A stretch of 10,647 nucleotides of DNA from Deinococcota bacterium (GTDB taxonomy: Bacteria > Deinococcota > Deinococci > Deinococcales > Thermaceae), in NCBI GenBank assembly GCA_041695225.1, contig JBGFRI010000036.1:1-10647 (forward strand), written 5' to 3'. Made by a program: the position numbers and the translations under genes. Positions 6,429-10,647 of the stretch are shown here, piece by piece (the first letter of the stretch is position 1; every line of letters starts with the position of its first letter). Below the pieces are notes generated by a model, which was not told the origin of the DNA, did not search any database, and saw only the letters and a program-made list of their open reading frames with translations.

Positions 6429-7397
6429 CTAAGCTCCGGTCAGGATCAAGAGGGCCACGTATGCCAGGTACAAAGCCAGCAATGCAGCCCCCCGTTTCCG
6501 CCCCAGCCGCGCTCCTCTGGCAATAAAGAACCACAAGAGCAGGCTTATACCCAGCATTACCCACATATCGCGCTGGATGGTCTCCCAGGGTAGGCCGATG
6601 GGCTGCACCAGAGCCGTTACCCCCAGGATACCCAGGATGTTAAAGATATTGGAGCCCACGATATTGCCCAAAGCGATGTCGGGCTGACGCCTTATTGCCG
6701 CCACGATAGAGGTGGCCAGTTCGGGCAGGCTGGTTCCTGCAGCTACAATGGTCAGTCCTATCACCAGCTCGGAAACGCCCAGGCCCCTGGCCAGATCAAC
6801 CGACCCCTCTACCAGCAAACGGGCGCCCAGCACCAGCAAGACCAGCCCCAGCAATACCCCCAGGTAGGCCTGCCAGCTGGGTGTGGTCTTGCGGGCATCG
6901 CCATATTCCTGCTCGTACTCGCTTTGCACCTCGGCTGGGTCGCCCGGGCTAAGGCGATATAAAAACCAGACGTATAGCACCAAAAGCGCCAGCATAATCA
7001 GACCCTCGAGCCGGTTTAGATCGTTGCCGAAATACAGAATCGGGAATAGCAGCAAAGCCACCCCGATCATCAGGGGAACCTCGCGCTTGATAAATTCCGA
7101 CTTCACCAGGAAGGGGGCCATCAGGGCGGTAAGCCCCAGAATCACCATGATGTTGAAAATGTTGGACCCGACCACATTACCGATGGCAATTGCGGGGCTG
7201 TCCATCAGGGCTGCGGCCAGGCTGGCGGCCATCTCGGGGCTGCTGGTGCCAAAGGCTACCACGGTCAGGCCTACTACCATCGCGCTGACCCTCCAGTTGC
7301 GGGCCAGCGACACCGAGCTGCGTACCAGCCACTCTCCTCCAAAGTAGAGCAGAACGACGCCAAGCGCGATAAAAACAAGACTGACCAGCTCATTCAT
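6429..7397 (-). CDS. Calcium/sodium antiporter (CaCA superfamily, YrbG-like)
   Basis: Two alpha repeats: GTSSPE...GNVVGSNIFN and GTSLPE...GNIVGSNIFN; 322 aa. Confidence 0.95.
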   Translation of the reverse strand: MNELVSLVFIALGVVLLYFGGEWLVRSSVSLARNWRVSAMVVGLTVVAFGTSSPEMAASLAAALMDSPAIAIGNVVGSNIFNIMVILGLTALMAPFLVKSEFIKREVPLMIGVALLLFPILYFGNDLNRLEGLIMLALLVLYVWFLYRLSPGDPAEVQSEYEQEYGDARKTTPSWQAYLGVLLGLVLLVLGARLLVEGSVDLARGLGVSELVIGLTIVAAGTSLPELATSIVAAIRRQPDIALGNIVGSNIFNILGILGVTALVQPIGLPWETIQRDMWVMLGISLLLWFFIARGARLGRKRGAALLALYLAYVALLILTGA

Positions 7398-7489
7398 ATT
7401 ATGGAAGTGTATTTTATTTCCGGCAGCACTCAGGCAAATGACCCAGCAGCATTCTGGCCGGGTGTTAGATTTGGATTAGTGTGCTTGCT

Positions 7490-8905
7490 ATGCATATTGC
7501 AAATCAGCGGATACTACATAGCCAAAGCCTGGTGAGCCTGCTGGGACTGCTTACCTGGGGTATGGTCTCATATCACTTTCTGCCCGAAGCCTACCTGGCT
7601 TTTAGTTTTCTCTTTTTACTACCCTGGGTCTGGAAAGATGGATCGCCCAGCATGCGCTGGGTAGTTCCCTTGCTGCTCATCTACACTGTTGGCCAGCACC
7701 TGATTCCTGGGTCCAGTCTGAGCCTGGACAGCCTGCTGGTCACCATGTTGCCTGGTCTGGTAGCGCTGGGTTTTGTGGCCTGGCTACGCGAGCGGGATCG
7801 GCGCTCGCAAAAGGAGCTAACCGACTCCCTGCGCTTTATGCACCTGCTGGAAGAGGGCAGCCTGAACATCAGCACTGCTAGCGACCCACTAGAGCTGACC
7901 GAGAGTGCAATGTCTTCACTGCACAACCTGAAAATTGCCCCGCACCTGGCCTTTGTGCGCTTCCGCGAAGGCAAGCCGGTGGTGGTGAGCGCGCGGGGCG
8001 CCCTCGAGCGCTACCGCGGGCGGCATCTGCCACAGCAGAAACTCAGTACCCGCGCCAGCCTTACCGATACCTTTGTGGTTGGCAGTTACCTCGAGGGCAT
8101 CCCCGAAAGCACTGGCTGGTCCACGGCTGCCGTTCCGGTCTCGGCCCGGCAAAACCGGCCACTGGGTGTTGTTATTCTGGCCCGCGAGGGTAACCAGCCC
8201 TTTCAGTCGAAGGAAAAAGCCATGGCCAACTCGCTGGCCAGGGTAATGGGAGCCCAGCTAGGACAGATGGAGGCCCTAAAACACCTCGAGGACGCCTACG
8301 ATGGCACTCTACGTGCCCTGGGCCTGGCCCTGGAGTACCGCGACCACGAGACGCAGGGCCATACCAAACGGGTGGTGGCCTGGGCCGACCAGCTGGCCCA
8401 GGATCTGAATCTGGACGCTTCCAGCCGCAAATTCTTGCGCTGGGGCGCCTACTTACACGACATTGGTAAGCTTTCCATATCCGACCAGATCCTGCGCAAA
8501 CCCGGCAGGCTCGACGAAGGAGAGTGGGAGATCATGAAAGACCATGTGCTAAAGGGTTGGGAAATACTATCGCGGGTTCCTTTTCTTCCCCACGAAACCC
8601 TGGAGATTGTCCGCTATCATCATGAAAACTGGGATGGCAGTGGCTATCCCAATGGTCTAAAAGGGCAGGACATTCCCATTCTGGCGCGCATTTTTGCGGT
8701 TGTAGACACCTTCGATGCCCTTTACAGCCCGCGCCCTTACAAGAAAGCCTGGAAGCCCGCGGAAATCATCGAGGAGCTCAGCCGCCTTAAGGGCAAAAAG
8801 CTCGACCCAAAACTGGTAGATATCTTCATAAAGCGCATTACCTCCCCCTCTGGCAAGGAAGTTATGGAAGTAGCTAATCCCAGCAAAGCCAACCTCAAGG
8901 CTTAA
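7490..8905 (+). CDS. Membrane-anchored HD-GYP cyclic-dinucleotide phosphodiesterase with a GAF-like central domain
   Basis: N-terminal TM segments and a GAF-like AVPV....RPLGVVIL stretch. RDHETQGHTKRV, LHDIGK, HHENWDGSGYP and RPYK motifs are intact. The start is ATG 7490 or GTG 7481. Confidence 0.92.
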   Translation: MHIANQRILHSQSLVSLLGLLTWGMVSYHFLPEAYLAFSFLFLLPWVWKDGSPSMRWVVPLLLIYTVGQHLIPGSSLSLDSLLVTMLPGLVALGFVAWLRERDRRSQKELTDSLRFMHLLEEGSLNISTASDPLELTESAMSSLHNLKIAPHLAFVRFREGKPVVVSARGALERYRGRHLPQQKLSTRASLTDTFVVGSYLEGIPESTGWSTAAVPVSARQNRPLGVVILAREGNQPFQSKEKAMANSLARVMGAQLGQMEALKHLEDAYDGTLRALGLALEYRDHETQGHTKRVVAWADQLAQDLNLDASSRKFLRWGAYLHDIGKLSISDQILRKPGRLDEGEWEIMKDHVLKGWEILSRVPFLPHETLEIVRYHHENWDGSGYPNGLKGQDIPILARIFAVVDTFDALYSPRPYKKAWKPAEIIEELSRLKGKKLDPKLVDIFIKRITSPSGKEVMEVANPSKANLKA

Positions 8906-9094
8906 CCGCATGCAGCCCATACCCCAGGCGGGCGAGATGGAAGGGTGCCGGCCAGGGTCTGGTCTGCCTAGCGGCGCAGCCTGTCCTGGACGCAGAGACA
9001 CGATGGGCTAGAGGATGTTCGGAAATTACCAGGCCATTCACATTCTCAGGAGAATTTCGATGAACACAGGATCTAAAGCAACGGTCACTGGGGG

Positions 9095-9205
9095 CCCCTC
9101 TCCCAAGCTTGGGAGAGGGTTGGGGTGAGGGTTGAATGACGCCAGGGACGCTGTGGTTCGCTGCGCTCACACCCCCTCACCCAGCCTCTCCCGCAAGGGG
9201 AGAGG
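9095..9205. repeat. Inverted pair of REP-like GC-rich hairpin units
   Basis: CCCCTCTCCCAAGCTTGGGAGAGGGTTGGGGTGAGGG (9095-9131) and the reverse-oriented CCCTCACCCAGCCTCTCCCGCAAGGGGAGAGG (9174-9205). Confidence 0.8.
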
Positions 9206-9261
9206 AGATTTTCCGAGCGCCCTCTAAGCATCCCGAAGAGTCTGACGGTACAATACCTACA

Positions 9262-9349
9262 CCATAGACTAGGTGACGGATTGGCCGAAGATTGGGATGA
9301 TTAATCCATAGACTAGGTGACGGAGTGGCCGAAGATTCGGATGATTAAG
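9262..9349. repeat. 44-bp tandem duplication
   Basis: CCATAGACTAGGTGACGGAKTGGCCGAAGATTSGGATGATTAAK at 9262 and 9306 with 3 mismatches. A third CCAT overlaps the downstream ATG. Confidence 0.9.
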
Positions 9350-9351
9350 CC

Positions 9352-10419
9352 ATGCAGCTTTTTCCTTCACATTACGACGACCCGCTCAGCGAACTCTTTT
9401 ACGCCAGGCTACCCGCCGGCGAGCCCTGGGGCTGGCTTCTCTGTCAGCGCATCCTGGGCGATGAGACCCTGGCCCGCCACCTGCTCGGTGAGCCTTTAAG
9501 CCCCGGCCTGGCCCAGTGGATTGTGCAGGAGCTGCTGCGCTTGCGCCAGGAGCTCAAGCGCCTGCAACAGCAACACCCCTTTGCCGATTTTGGCAGCCGG
9601 GAGGCCACTAAGGCCGAACAAACCGCGCTGATAGTGCTGCAGACCGGGTCGCCGGCCAGCCTGGCCAGCCTGTACCAGACCTATGGCTATGGCATCTATG
9701 CTTACCATACGGTGTTTAGATACAGCCAGCAGATGCAGGCGGTAGAGAAACCAGACCCCGTCAGCTTCGACGACCTGGTGGGCTATACCCGGCAGATTCA
9801 GACCGTCTGCGCCAGTGTCGAGCGCTTTCTGGCCGGAAAGCCCGCCACTGCCATGCTCTTGTACGGGGCCAGGGGTACGGGCAAGTCTAGCACGGTCAAG
9901 GCCCTGCGAACCCGGTATGCCGGGCAGGGCTTAAGGCTGGTGGAACTGCTCGCAGATGGCTTGGAGCAACTGCCGGAGCTGCTGGAGTTGCTGGCACCCC
10001 TGCCGTTTCGGTTTGTGCTGTACCTGGATGACCTGGCTCTTTTTAGTGACGATGAGCGGTTTCACAAGCTCAAGGCCCTGCTCGAGGGTGCGGTATTCGA
10101 GCGGCCCCGAAATGTGTTGCTAATCGCCACCTCTAACCGTCGCAACCTGGTTGCCCAGCACTGGTCAGACCGGCCTGAGCCTGGCACAGCCGACCCCGCC
10201 TCATGGGATACCATGCAAGACAAGCTGGGTTTGGCCGATCGTTTTGGGCTGGTGCTGACCTTTCCACCCTTCGATAAGGAGCAGTATTTACAGGCCGTGG
10301 CGCAGATGTTAGGGCGGGAGTTAGATGAGACCATTCGCAATGCTGCCTTGCAGTTTGCCCTGGATGGCCGGGGCTTTTCGGGACGCACCGCACGGCATTT
10401 TGCCGTCAGCTCTGGTTGA
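9352..10419 (+). CDS. AAA+ ATP-binding protein, DUF815 family
   Basis: Walker A LLYGARGTGKSS, Walker B VLYLDDL, and ATSNRRNLV, LADRFGL and FSGRTA motifs. Confidence 0.9.
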   Translation: MQLFPSHYDDPLSELFYARLPAGEPWGWLLCQRILGDETLARHLLGEPLSPGLAQWIVQELLRLRQELKRLQQQHPFADFGSREATKAEQTALIVLQTGSPASLASLYQTYGYGIYAYHTVFRYSQQMQAVEKPDPVSFDDLVGYTRQIQTVCASVERFLAGKPATAMLLYGARGTGKSSTVKALRTRYAGQGLRLVELLADGLEQLPELLELLAPLPFRFVLYLDDLALFSDDERFHKLKALLEGAVFERPRNVLLIATSNRRNLVAQHWSDRPEPGTADPASWDTMQDKLGLADRFGLVLTFPPFDKEQYLQAVAQMLGRELDETIRNAALQFALDGRGFSGRTARHFAVSSG

Positions 10420-10647
10420 TTACACGCCATGAATGGTCGCAGGTAGTAGGGCGCTGGCGGTACAGTCGGCACTGGTGGAAAACTACCTCACCTGACCGAT
10501 TGGAGTAGGGCTTGCTGTTTGTGCTTTAGCCCGAAGTTACCTTTGTAGGAACCCAGCAATACTCCGCTCCGAGCCGTCATTTGTCCTTAGTGAGGTGGTG
10601 CGGTTACATGGCTACAGCCGGTGCGTGACGCCGAGCAGGTCGAAGGC

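Noticed and set aside
9262..9349. Mini-CRISPR
   Set aside because: The copies are directly adjacent with no spacer; it is a simple tandem duplication.
4780..10472. Antisense or alternate-frame ORFs inside the MFS, antiporter, HD-GYP and ATPase genes (likewise within int)
   Set aside because: Shadow ORFs expected in high-GC coding DNA.

Overview
A high-GC bacterial chromosomal window; a Deinococcus-Thermus origin, probably Meiothermus-like, is inferred from the gene set and heptamer repeats. The left third (1-~3350) is the end of a tRNA-targeted integrative element. It holds a probable IS3-family end interrupting a Cys-rich gene, a type I HsdR-like remnant, a six-unit 27-bp repeat array, a near-consensus promoter, a small ribbon-helix-helix gene and an intact tyrosine integrase ending near the 3' end of tRNA-Arg(UCU). 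Next is a tRNA cluster: Pro(UGG), Gly(UCC) and Arg(UCU) on the minus strand, and Lys(CUU) on the plus strand. The tRNA spacers contain two C-terminal fragments of the same integrase family, neither recovered as an intact ORF. Each points at a tRNA and lies next to a related TTGACCCCA/TTACCCTAA motif. A third, heavily decayed integrase copy may lie upstream of the array. The right part is ordinary: a GPH-type MFS transporter, a YrbG-like Ca/Na antiporter, a membrane HD-GYP protein, REP-like hairpins, a 44-bp tandem duplication and a DUF815 AAA+ ATPase. Family assignments come from motif recognition by eye; no searches were run.
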